A stretch of DNA of 64,000 nt from Eledone cirrhosa. Taxonomy: Eukaryota. The stretch is from positions 80,476,001 through 80,540,000 of the forward strand of contig OZ024742.1 of assembly GCA_964016885.1 (NCBI GenBank), given 5' to 3'. The number at the start of each line of letters is the position of its first letter. Position 1 is the stretch's first letter. The notes beneath the pieces are model-generated. The model was not told the origin of the DNA and ran no database searches. It saw only the letters and a list, made by a program, of their open reading frames with translations. Positions 1-11,444 of the stretch are shown in pieces. The translations under genes were made by a program, and so were the position numbers.

Positions 1-3000
1 TCGACATAATTCCACAGGTCGGTCACCCCTGGGCACTGAACAATCGTGCAGAACGCTTTTGATGTCCTGCTTGCATCTTGGACAGGTCCTTTTGGTAGGA
101 TCTCTGCCAGGGCGTCAGTTACTGTACATGTTGTCTCGAACTGGTAGAACTCCTCGTTAGCACTGCCAGGCCAGATATCTCTGGAAGTTATCCATAGGCC
201 ATGGACGGAAAGTCCTCCCGAACAGACTGGTTAGTTCGTCCTCTTCGATACCTAAGCTTTCCCCGAGAACGTCGTCCCACATATCCTCCACTACTCCCCC
301 AAAGAATGTCGAAGTGGAGTCTCCGCTGATTGTCGTTTCTGCTTGGTGGAGGGGTGTGAATGCTTGAAGGCACTCGAGGTACCCGGCACACGTTTTCGGT
401 TGTCGCTTGACCCAGGACTGCAGCTCTGTTAGTGAGACGAGTTGTAGAAGAGCTTGTCTCACAAACGAGAGCCACACCGGTTCACCTGTCAGGAATACCT
501 GGGTGAGTGCAAACACCATCAACCTGACCTTGTTCCAGTTCTTGACCTCCTGAAGGTCTGGACCAAACCAGACCCCGATCAATTTCACCGGTCTTTCCGT
601 CCTGTGTCCAACGACACTGTCGGAGGGCATGGGTTTGCCTCTCCATGTGCCGATGGTACACCGAAAGACTTGTTCTCATCTTTTCTGATCAGCGTTATTA
701 CGCCTCACCCTACAGAACTAGGAATTCTCTCGTTCTGCTGCCAGTTGCAGTAGACCGCTTCGAGGACGCCAGAGAACAAGTCTGGCATGCCTATGTAAAA
801 CTCATAGGATAGACCATCTAAACCGGGTAATTTGCGTTTCCCGCAGCGGCCTAGGGATCTTCTATTTCGCCCGCTGTGATCGGCCCTTCGCAACTCTCTG
901 CATCGGTGCTCGAGAGTCGTGGTACGCCGTTGAGGTAGGAGCTGAAGTCCATCACCTCCCTCGACGTACCGCTTTGCCCGAACAGTTGTGCAAAATGCTG
1001 CTGGAAGGCGGTGCACATCTGCTTGGATTCAATTAGAACGCGTCCATCTTTGTCTTGCAAAGACCGAATTGTGGATTTGTTGCCACTTTTCGCCTCTGCC
1101 ACGCGGGCCCAGCTAACAGCTTTGTCTCCCTCGTTTCTGACAATACCACCTTCGTTTTTCACGATGGAGAACTGGTCTAGTGCCGTTCTCGCCGCTAGCA
1201 CGTCAGATGTACTGCCATTCCAAAGTGCCTCTTCTACTTTAGCTACCAGTTCCTTTTCGGTTTTTATTTTTGTCTAAAGCTACTTCCTTGCTAAATGCTA
1301 TCGATTCTATTCTATTTGCTCTCTTGAGAGAGATCCACCATCTGTTGTTGACGATCGCCTCCGTCAACTGGCACTTAAGTAAGGTGCTAATCCGTTTACT
1401 GTAGGCCTTACGCACCGGTGGTGACATGTATACATTCCATTATCCGGGTCCCTGCCTATGTGTTCTATCAAGGTCGACTATGCAGGTGACTAATTTGTGG
1501 TCTGAATAGGCAACCATATGCATTTGTGGACAGCTTGATGTTTCGTTATCATTCTGTCTAATTAAAATCTATCTAAATACGATCTAGAAGACCCAGTACG
1601 GTTGCTCTACGTCCACACTGGTGCAATTGGGAAGTCTAGACGATGTCTATCAGCCAGTTGGAATTCACTGATGAGATTTTTTAGGCTATTACACCTTCTC
1701 TATTATCACAAGCTACTACATATTCCCAACGTGCGTCTAAAATGCGCCCCCCCCATCCGCTAACACTAACGAGCGAGACGTTCCAGGAATGGCTCCAGAC
1801 GCGTGAAGAACTCTGGTGACGTTGTCCCAGTCGGGGTATATACGGCCACCAGTCTGAAAGCTCCACCTTCACTACCATTCCAAGTTTTTTCGAAACAGGA
1901 CTGCAACTCTCCCTCCACCTACTGGCTGACAGAGAGATGCGCAGAACTCGAAATCATCGAACATGGGGGTTAGCTGCTGCCTTCGTGAATCCTGGACATG
2001 GTGACGGCTATCACATCAATACAAAGTACGTTGACATGAGATCATTTAAAAGCTGGCCCTGTTTCCAGAGCCTGCCCAGGCCACGTACATTTAAACATCC
2101 AACTTGTATAGTCGCCATATTGGCGAAGACGTATTAAGGAGAGAAAAGGCAGGAACACTTACCTTTTCGTTTTCTGGAGGTTTGGTTGTTCGATCTTCAA
2201 GTCCAGATTGGGGGTGTTTGGGGAGGGAGGGAATCATTTTAGCAGGACACTGTTAAGAAGTTTTTGACAAGGTGGGGGGTACATCATGTGGTAAGTTCCC
2301 TTTTAAAGTTTCGTACTCTCGGGTTGTTACTCTGATAGGTTTGAGGTTTGGGGGTGGGTCGTTAGTGGGGATGGTTTTCCCTTCCGTTTGTATTGTGGGG
2401 TCCTTTCGGACAGTTTCCACCATTTCTTTGTTTCTTGTTTTTATGCATGTGTAATGTGTTTTGTTTTTTATGTGTACTGTTTCTCTTTGTAGTTTTCATT
2501 TTGAGGTTGGGGTTTGTGATCGTGGTGGTGTGGATGTTTGTTTTGCTGGTGGAGTGTATGGTTGTGTTGATGGTGTGGTTGTCGTTTGTGGCGGTATGTT
2601 TGTCAGTGTTGCGTGTGTGATGTTTTCAGTTGATGTTTTATTTGTAATTATTCGAAAGCCGTTACGCTCGAAAGTTATATGTTGCGCAGCGTCCTTTAGG
2701 AGCAGCGCTTGGTTTCACAGATTTATTTCTATAAACTCTGTCTCTTTGGCAAAGCTTTCTGCAAACGTTTTTCTTTTGGTGGTGGTGGTGGGGGGTCGTT
2801 TGTGCTGGAATTGTTTTTGGTCTTGTTATTGTTGTTGTCTTCGTTGTTGTAGGTGTTGTTTTCATTCATATCATTGTTCTTGTTGTTACTGCTGGTGACG
2901 GTCGTGTTGTTTTTGTTCATTGTTTCACACTTTTGGTTTTGGTTTGTTGCCATGACAACGTAAAGTTGTCAGTCAGCAAGTGACCTTTGTCTGAGACATC

Positions 3001-3120
3001 TGCTACTATGACTGTGGAGGGGAAGCTGTAAGCATATCTTCCTGCTTCGAATGGTGGTGAAGAAGTTGTTGCTTCTGTTATTTTATTTTAAAACGTTAGT
3101 TTTTCCAAATTTTTCTTTTT
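1..3120 (-). mobile_element. Decayed L1/Tx1-clade non-LTR retrotransposon (3' part of ORF1 plus fragmented ORF2; runs off left edge)
   Basis: ORF fragments 157-630, 705-1016, 851-1201 and 1239-1427 are homologous to the intact ORF2 at 35576-38995 (LIGVWFGPDLQ, PGLDGLSYEFY, AIVNNRWW). ORF2 starts MATIQVGCLNVRG at 2118. Low-complexity ORF1 tail at 2160-3100; many frameshifts and deletions. Confidence 0.9.
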
Positions 3121-3130
3121 CATGAACTAA

Positions 3131-3460
3131 GGAGCAAGTCGTTCCCAGGAACGGCTCCAGACGCTTGTAGAACTCTGGTCACGTTGTCTCAGTCCGGGTA
3201 TATACGGCCACCAGTCTGAAAACTCCACCTTCACTACCATTTCAAGTTTTATCGAAACAGAACAGCAACTCCCCCTCTACCTACTGGCTGACAGAGAGAT
3301 GCGTAGATCTCGAAAGCATCGAACATGCGGGTTAGCTGTTGCCTGTCGTGAATCTTGAAGACGGTTACGGCTATCACATCAATACATGTGACCTGAAATC
3401 ATTTAAAAGCTGGCCCTGTTTCCAGAGCATGCCTAGGCCACGTACATTTAAACAGCCAAC
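3131..3460 (-). mobile_element. Second fragment of Tx1 endonuclease N-terminus
   Basis: Diverged direct repeat of ~1771-2100 (ggctccagacgc...ccaccttcactaccat...aaaagctggccctgtttccagagc). Confidence 0.85.
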
Positions 3461-4118
3461 GCCTAAGGGCGTAGGGTATTTTGAGAGACTGACCAGATCA
3501 AAATTTGACATGGTAGTCCCTCTAGAAATTGGTATGAAAATGAAGGCTCACAGTCAAGAATTTCTATAGAAATTTAAGCAGACTTACCCAGAAAGTTTTA
3601 CACGTGTGTCCACCCCATTAGATAGATAGATAGATATATAGACAGATAGATAGATAGATAGACGGAGTGACCTCGAATCAAAGAAGAAATTGATATATAA
3701 TAAGACGTAGAATGGTTGTATTAGTAAAATTAAAGGATCCACCGCGAGCTCCGGCAATTCGCCGACTTAACTGAAAAGACTTAACTAACCGAATCCACCG
3801 ATCTCTCTTATACTTTTAGTAATCTCCTTATAATATATAACCAGCAATTTCTCTGTCTGTCCGACAGTGGAAACACGTGCGCGCGTGGTTGCTATCTCTC
3901 TATCTCTCCAGTTATCTCTCTCTTTTAGTCTGTCTGTTTCTCTCACTCTCACTCTTTCTCTTTGTAACACACTAACATTCCTCCCCTCTATCGCTGTGAC
4001 GAATGGGGAGATGGAGGAGGAGGAGGAGGAGGAGGAGGAGGAAGAGAGAGTCACTTCGTCACTTCACCTCTGCCTTTCTTTCTCTCCCCTCTCACTCCCT
4101 CATTACGTACAGACATTA

Positions 4119-4312
4119 GGGCGGTGGATTGGCAGAATCTGTAGAGAGTCGGACACCATGCTTCATAGCATGGAGTTGCGTCCCTTTACGGTCTGAGTTC
4201 AAATACCGCCGAGGTTAACTTTGCCTTTCATCCTCACGGGGTCGATAAAATGAAGTACCAGTAATGTACTGGGTAATTGCTGGCCTTGTGCCAAAAGTAG
4301 AAACAATTATTA
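4119..4312 (+). mobile_element. tRNA-derived SINE (full length)
   Basis: A-box-like TGGCAGAATC, B-box GTTCAAATAC, central CCTTTCATCC..GGGGTCGATAAA..AGTACCAG block, tail GGCCTTGTGCCAAAAGTAGAAACAATTATT. About 14 copies in the window. Confidence 0.9.
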
Positions 4313-4429
4313 GAAACATTGCTTCATTTTTACATATCTAAGCATCAGTAAAATAAGTAATAATTTCAAAAGTAATTTTTCAATTCCAATTGTTATGAAC
4401 AGCAAAACATTAATAATAATTTTGTTCTA

Positions 4430-4563
4430 AGAAATATATATACATTTCTGTGTGTGTAATATATATATATATACACTCAGAAATATATATACATTTCTGT
4501 GTGTGTAATATATATATATATATATATACACACACAGAAATATATATACATTTCCGTGTGTGT

Positions 4564-4633
<70 letters not shown>

Positions 4634-4659
4634 GAAATATATATAAATTTCTGTGTGTA

Positions 4660-4690
<31 letters not shown>

Positions 4691-4700
4691 GAAATATATG
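4430..4700. repeat. Palindromic minisatellite (CACACAGAAATATATATACATTTCTGTGTGTG separated by (TA)n), about 5 units
   Basis: Read directly; each unit is a hairpin. Confidence 0.85.
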
Positions 4701-5243
4701 GGCATTTCTCTGTTTGTCTGTCTGTCTGTCTGTCTGTCCTTCCCTAAAACTCAAATGTAGGTGCGACAGAAATATTACCTTCCCCTTCCTTTCTCCACTT
4801 TGGTACTACCAAGAGAAACGCTATCGCTATAGAAGCATTACCTTCCCCTCTCCACTGACTTTGGTCCCTGAGGCCAAGGGAATCACTGGTTGCTATAGAG
4901 ACACCTTGCACAAGCCAGAAGTAACCAGTTCGAGGCGGTTCTGACTTGTCCCCATGCCAAGGACCATTTGAAGATATATTTCCATCGTTATATCATAACG
5001 TTTATGTATCATAACGTTTATATTTCCGTCTCTAATCTCTTTTTCTTCTTTTTCCTTTTAACATATATTTATTTCAAAGATTTCACCGTATAGAAAACAT
5101 ATATATTTATACATGCATAAAAGACACACCGAGAGACGGTGAACATGTGGTGCAGAAAACATTTCTCATCCAAATATCAACAATATCAGTATATACACTA
5201 GATTTGCTAGCAGAAAACCGCCCACCGGGTGGTTTTCTGCTGG

Positions 5244-6148
5244 TCTATATATATAAACCTGAGGATGTCTGTCTGTGTGTGTGTGAGTTCGAATCCCTAA
5301 AACTCGAGAATCACCCAATCGACTGTTTTCAAACTTTACACATGTAATACTTATGTTTCAGGGAGTGTTCTGAGCAAAAACAATTTCAAATTTGCTATGC
5401 CCCAGGGACCACATTATGTGATTTAGCGATCTCGTTCTATAATTCTTAGTCTTCCTCTTTTTAGATAGATACATACTTATAACATCGCGCCCTTATACTA
5501 TCTATCTGTATGTCTGACTGTCTGAATAACGTCACTTCCTTGAGGATGTGTGTGTGTGTATGTGGATCCCTAAACTCGAGAAGTACCCAACCGATTTTTT
5601 TTCAAACTTTACATATGTATTACTAATGTTTCATGAAAAAATGCACATGAAAAAATTCAACTTTTTTTATCTCCTAAGACCCGCATTATCTCCTAAGACC
5701 TGCGTTGTTTAACATGTTTAGGTGTTTTTTGAGGCGTTACGTCAGACCGAGTTCCTTGAAATTGTAACTATGTATTAGTCAGTCTCTTCTTCATACCGTA
5801 AGCAAAGAGAATTCAACTTCCTTATGGCATAGGGCCCGCATTAAGTGAAAAACTTCATTTGTTCAGCTTCTTAGGGCTTTTTGGAGGCGTTACGTCTAGC
5901 GGATTTTCCTGAAATGTCAAGGCATGTTATGCACATAAAAAAAATTAATTTTCTTGATCCCCTAGGATAGGTGAAAACCTGCATTTTTCCTGCATCATCG
6001 AGGAAATTCTTAAAGATTATCCACCCTCAGAGTATTCGGTTTATTTTCTTTACATATTGTCCAGGCATGCAGTTTTCCATGATTAGGTCTGTTGGCGGCC
6101 CGCGTTCCAAAATACATTATCCCGTGCAACGCCGGGTACCACTGCTAG
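5244..6148 (+). mobile_element. Non-autonomous Helitron
   Basis: 5' TCTATATATATAAA followed by a GTCT/GT microsatellite. 3' hairpin CCCGTGCAACGCCGGG, then CTAG (6145-6148) and T. Internal duplication 5258-5360 / 5538-5635. Confidence 0.75.
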
Positions 6149-6219
6149 TATATAGTTATATACATATAGGAGTATATATAAATATATAAATATATACACA
6201 CCCCGCCACACACACATAT

Positions 6220-6267
<48 letters not shown>

Positions 6268-6299
6268 ATAAATATATATATATTTTATATATAGAGTTG

Positions 6300-6513
6300 T
6301 TAGCACAAATTCATTTGTTTATCCTCTAGGGCCCGCATTAGGTGAAAACCAGCATTTTCCCTGCTTCATCGAGGAAAATCGTAAAGATTATCCACCCATC
6401 AGAATATTCGGTTTATGTTCTTTACATATACTCCAGTCATGCAGTTTTTTTATCTATTGGCGGCCCGCGTTCCAAAATACATTAGCCCGTGCAAAGCCGG
6501 GTACCACTGCCAG
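6300..6513 (+). mobile_element. Second Helitron 3' end fragment
   Basis: Repeat of ~5950-6148 ending CCCGTGCAAAGCCGGGTACCACTGCCAG-T. Confidence 0.7.
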
Positions 6514-6859
6514 TATATATATACAGTAATGTATGTATATAATTTGATATTATGATTATTTATTGCCTTGTCGTTATGTATTACAAGATATAATTCATGT
6601 AGTGTCTGTAAGATTACTGTATGATTATGCACTTCTATATGATTTGTATTTGCATCTAATTTCTATTGTGCTATTACGGAACAACGAAATCGAGTGTTTT
6701 TATTTCGATTCATTTCATATATATCCGAAAGAAATTATTTTTACAGTACCATACACTTGAAAAATGATAAGAATCTGGTGTTTTTGGTAGGATTCCTAGT
6801 TTAATGATGAGATGCTTCAAAATGCGAAGTTGTAGTAACTATTTAGTTTGATCATAAAT

Positions 6860-7165
6860 TTGAATATTATCCCGATTTCGCGGAGGAGCTGGACAGTATA
6901 AAACCCAAGTACTCGTGAGTTCTCAACGGTGACCGGTCCGAAGAGGAGGCGGTCGTACAGTCACGGGTAGTTGTTTATTTTCTGTTTCTCTGCGAGGCAG
7001 GGCGCTGTATCGGGTTTTATGGCCGAAATGATAAGTTGGAGGTGGAGAGCGTGTCGCAACAGGTGGCGTCCCAGATGAGGGATCAAACTCCTTCGAATGG
7101 AAAGAGGCTAGTTCCATCAAGACGCTTGGCTTCTACGCAGTCCAGGCTTGCTGTTCGTCGTGTAT
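6860..7165 (-). pseudogene. CRE-clade non-LTR retrotransposon, RLE-domain fragment
   Basis: Manual minus-strand translation: KRLDGTSLFPFEGV*SLIWDATCCDTLS...AEKQKINNY...PVTVENSRVLG, the CRE-type RPDG/WDATC/AExxKxxKY/PxxxE motifs. Confidence 0.75.
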
Positions 7166-7399
7166 CTGTTACATTTTCACTGCCAGCACCTACAGTATTT
7201 TTTCTTCGATCTCTATTTAATGGCTGATATTTCAAGATTACATTTCATTATTATTAGATAAGTGTTTGTGAATTGTGTCATTTTGTATAATAATTGTTTC
7301 TACTTCTATCATTGTGCATAATAATATATACATATATATATTATGGAGGTTTCAGTGTTCGTTGCTTTTTCCTAATAGTTGACTTACTTCTTGTATAAT

Positions 7400-8300
7400 A
7401 TTCACAATGCACCTTGTAACCCCACTAGCCGCAGATCAACTCGGTGTAAATCTGCCACCATCCAAAGCTGTGCAGAACGCATCTGCAATGTCAGATTCGC
7501 CAGCATCGGCTGGCAACAGGGGAAGTTCCCAGCGATGTTCGTTGGCCTCAGCCTCCGACCTGCCTCGGCTCTGGCACTACTCGAATAACTTTCCCCAATC
7601 GCCTCATGTCGCACTCTCGTCAGCGAGGTCCTCAGCAGGTCGGCCGAAACCAAAGTGGCCCCAGACTCTCCTAGGCACTGGCCCACTGGAGAGGAGTAAG
7701 CCCTGTCTACAAATGTACAACGTAACAGGGACATTAAATGCAGGTCTTCTTTCAAACCTATCGAATTTGGCTTGGACCAACACCACATCGCCAGCCTTAG
7801 GCGATAAGTGGCATTATTCAATGCCCTCCCCATCAACCGGTACCCTTCTTCATGACGTGTGCATTCACATCGCAGGGGCCCAACGTCTCGGTCCACCTTT
7901 GTGAGCCACATACATGCTATTGGTGGTCTGTCGCTGACAGGTTGGGCGTCAGAGCGCAGGCCAGTTTCCCCGACATGCCACTCACAACGACATAATGAGA
8001 GGATGCCTGGACGCAACTGGCTTCCAATAACAACTGAATCCAGCAGGCCTCGAGACAACGGATAGGGCAAGCACCTCGACGGAATTACTCTCTTCCCATT
8101 CGAAGGAGGAAGCTCCCTCATCTGGGATGCCACATGTGGCAATTTCTCTGCATCCAACTTAACCACTTCGGCCACAAACCCCGGTACTGCGGCCCGCAAT
8201 GCAGAGGAAAGGAAGACTAATAAATACCTGGGATTGACCAGTCGCATTTTTTCTCCCTTGTTAGCTAGGGACATACGTTCATTCTGGGAATTTGCGACAT
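7400..8300 (+). pseudogene. CRE-clade non-LTR retrotransposon, C-terminal (zinc knuckle + RLE) fragment
   Basis: GTLLHDVCIHIAGAQRLGPPL in ORF 7407-7904, then GKHLDGITLFPFEGGSSLIWDATC..SATNPGTAARNAEERKTNKY; stops and frameshifts. Confidence 0.75.
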
Positions 8301-8448
8301 GAGAAGATTTGTTGTTTACCTGTCATTCAAAATCCAGCTGTTGAACTGATTAAGTTACCTTTCTTTTGCGGCACAGCAATATTGAGATTACAGCATTTTC
8401 CCTACACATTTCAATAACTCATCCATTACAAACGAATTGCATTATCTC

Positions 8449-8634
8449 CGTGGATTGGCAGTATCGGTAGAGGGTCGGACGCCATGCTTTCCAGCATCGT
8501 TACGTCCCTTTACGATCTGAGTTCAAATCCCGCCGAGGTTGACTTTGCCTTTCATCCTTACGGGGTCGATAAAATAAAGTACCAGTAATGCACTGGGTAA
8601 TTGCTGGCCTTGTGCCTAATGTAGAAACAATTAT
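8449..8634 (+). mobile_element. tRNA-derived SINE
   Basis: Same family as 4119-4312; flanked by ATTATCTCC (8441-8449 / 8630-8638). Confidence 0.9.
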
Positions 8635-8648
8635 CTCCTATACACCTT

Positions 8649-8840
8649 GGGCGATGGACTGGCAGTACCGGTAGAGAGTCGGACCCCATGCTTTGACTCA
8701 TAGAGTTACGGCCCTTGCCATTCTGAGTTCAAATCCCGCCGAGGTTAACTTTGCTTTCATCCTTACGGGGTTGATAAAATAAAGTACCAGTAATGCACTG
8801 GGATGATTGCTGGCCTTGTGCCAAAAGTAGAAACAATTAT
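8649..8840 (+). mobile_element. tRNA-derived SINE (tandem with previous)
   Basis: Same family; 19-bp TSD ATTATCTCCTATA(C/A)ACCTT (8630-8648 / 8836-8854). Confidence 0.9.
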
Positions 8841-9709
8841 CTCCTATAAACCTTGGATTTCTGGATATCAGACTCTCTGTAGTACTTTGAGTTGTGTTTG
8901 TTTTCTTGTAGTGCTTCGCCTAATGTTTGGGGTATTCCTCTTGAATAGCTTATACGAGGTAAGTTCATTTGGGAAATATATCCTTATTAACGGGAGGGAT
9001 GTTTTTCGATCCCATTATATTGGGAAAATTGTTGCATCAAATAATACTTCTTTGATTGTGTCTGGCTCATAGTTTTCTTATCTCTAGATATGGATTATTT
9101 CTTGTGACTGTATATTATACGAGAATATGTTGAATTAACCTATAGTGATTGTCAATCCTGTTTTGTTGACAAGAATATTATTTGGTAAATTGTTAGGAAA
9201 CGTATTTATATATGTCACGGTTTTTGTTTTGATTTCAAATATTGAGTATTACATTTTGTGGTTAGGTATAATGTAATATCACAAGAAAATTATATATTGT
9301 CCGAGGAAGATATCGAAATGGTCCAATGTATGCACAAATACTCCAACAAGTAGTAGGATAACTCACCAAATCAACAGAAGATAGAATATAGAAAATTCAA
9401 TTCGGGAACAGCTTCCTAATATGGTGTTATATTGAAAAAAGACGGTGGCGGTCTGCTATCGATATATCACCATATTAACAGGCTGTCGCCGAATCAAATT
9501 TTCTATTTTCTAACTTCTACTTCTTCTCTATCTACAATTTTCCATTTCATGTTTGTGTTCAACGTAATCCTGTTACATAACTCTGCAAATAGCACCCGAG
9601 GAAATCACCTAGTCTTGCAGCATAATCAGATGATGGAGCAGAGCCATCGAAATATGTATAGTGCTTTTGGGGAATACAAATTTATAAAGTAGATTTTCCA
9701 GACACACGC

Positions 9710-9872
9710 ATAACACACACATGTGTGTGTGAGAGAGAATGTACATACATATATATATATGTTTATAAACATACGCGCACACATACACACACACACAGGC
9801 ACACACACGCACACACACAGACACACATACACACACACACACACAGACACACATACACACACACACACACAT

Positions 9873-9930
<58 letters not shown>

Positions 9931-9950
9931 GGAGGGAGAGAGAGAGAGGA
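9710..9950. repeat. Compound (CA)n-(TA)n-(GA)n microsatellite
   Basis: Read directly. Confidence 0.95.
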
Positions 9951-10067
9951 ACGGATAAATACATAGACGCTGTTTTCGACCTATACAGAAATTCTGTCTC
10001 TAGTCATTTTTTCAAGTTAATTGGAGTGTAGAAATGACAACTCCTCATTGGCAGTGTATTGACGTCA

Positions 10068-10129
<62 letters not shown>

Positions 10130-10163
10130 AGAAAATAGAGGTGTAACACACGAGTTGTGATAT

Positions 10164-10551
10164 ATTAGTAAAAAGGAAAAGAAAATACTGACAAATTGTT
10201 CCCAGTAGAAAATAGTTTATTTAGGAATAAGTAAAAATTAGTAATAAGTATTGGTTAGTATTCAGTTTTAGTTTTAAGTTTTTACCGGTTGCGCATTTCT
10301 AATGCTTTTAAAAAATAATTTTGAGATAGAGCGCTTGTGATGTTTGCTGTAATCTGGTGTGATTAGAGCAAACATCACGAGCCCTCTATCTCAAAAATTA
10401 TTTTTGAAAAACATTAGAAATGCGCAACCGGTAAATATTTAAAACTAAACCTGAATACTAACAAATACTTATTACTAATTTATAATTATTCCTAATTAAA
10501 ATATTTTCACTGGGAAAAATTTGTCACCATTTTCTTTTCCTTTTACTAATA
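10164..10551. mobile_element. Fold-back (palindromic) remnant of a PLE terminus
   Basis: Arms 10164-10352 and 10362-10551 are reverse complements. Each has GAAAT-GCGC-AAC (hammerhead 3' half). The same terminus recurs at 63095-63295. Sits between (TA)n tracts. Confidence 0.7.
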
Positions 10552-10966
10552 TATATATATATATATAAGGGGTAACAAAATATTGTCATGGTTAATGCAG
10601 TTAGTGGTTGTGAATACTTCTTATTATAGATAGTATTAGCGTACAGCGTTGTTTGACTCAACAATATGTTTACGTAGATGACGAGTTTATGATTTCACTT
10701 GTAAGTTAATATTGGAGTAATAAAATTGAAAAAGTAGAGAATAACATGGCGAACAGTACCAAAAAGGGGATTTATTTACAGTCTAACAATAGTAATAAAA
10801 AATATATAAATAAATTAATTAATCATATATAAATTTAATAAATAATATATAAATAAATAAATAAATTATATCTAATGATATAAAATGGTATAACATGTGA
10901 AAAACGAAAAATGAAAATATGAAAAAAAAAAAAATGAAAATATTAAAATATTAAAATAAATAAGTT

Positions 10967-11032
10967 CAAGGGCGGTGCCCCAGCATGGCCTCAGCCGGAT
11001 GGCTGAAACAGGTAAAAGAGTAAAAGAGTAAG
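10967..11032 (+). mobile_element. 5'-truncated short retroposon (3' tail of a second SINE/LINE family)
   Basis: GGTGCCCCAGCATGGCCTCAGCCGGATGGCTGAAACAGG-(TAAAAGAG)2 is present in the left PLE arm and absent at the matching point of the right arm (~14350). Confidence 0.7.
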
Positions 11033-11444
11033 TAAAAAAGTGAAAATATGCGGAGAAAATTTATACATATTAAGATTATTTAGAGTGGTTTTTGAGAATG
11101 GCAACAATACATAGAACTACACGAATGTATAAATATGATAATGTTACATATATTTATGTGTGTATTGGTTATTTTAATAAATAAATCGATTAATTAGTTG
11201 TAAGTTATATTATATGATAAAATAAAATGCCAGAGATGAATTAAATTTAGGGAAAGTAATATAAAGATAGAGAGTGCAAGATGGAGATATATAAAATAAG
11301 AATGTAAATATACGAGGTTTTGATGTTGCTCATAGATAGATGATGACAATTATAATAATGATGATGATGATGATGATGATGACGATGTGATAATAGATAT
11401 AAGTGGTACAATTTGGGTTATGGAATAGATAAGATGAAAATTAA

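Noticed and set aside
4119-4215. tRNA gene
   Set aside because: It has A and B boxes but no cloverleaf and an over-long spacer; it is the SINE head.
4430-4700. CRISPR-like repeat-spacer array
   Set aside because: The spacers are just (TA)n, the context is eukaryotic and there are no cas genes.
7402-8274. 290-aa minus-strand ORF as a host gene
   Set aside because: It is the antisense of a CRE retrotransposon fragment whose motifs are on the plus strand.
9292-9332. Minimal hammerhead-like string ATTGT-CCGAGGA-AGATATC-GAAA-TG-GTC-CAAT
   Set aside because: Non-canonical core, weak stems II and III, and no supporting second copy or clear PLE context.
9609-9964. [12 protein letters not shown]-rich ORFs here and throughout the window
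   Set aside because: Translations of dinucleotide microsatellites.
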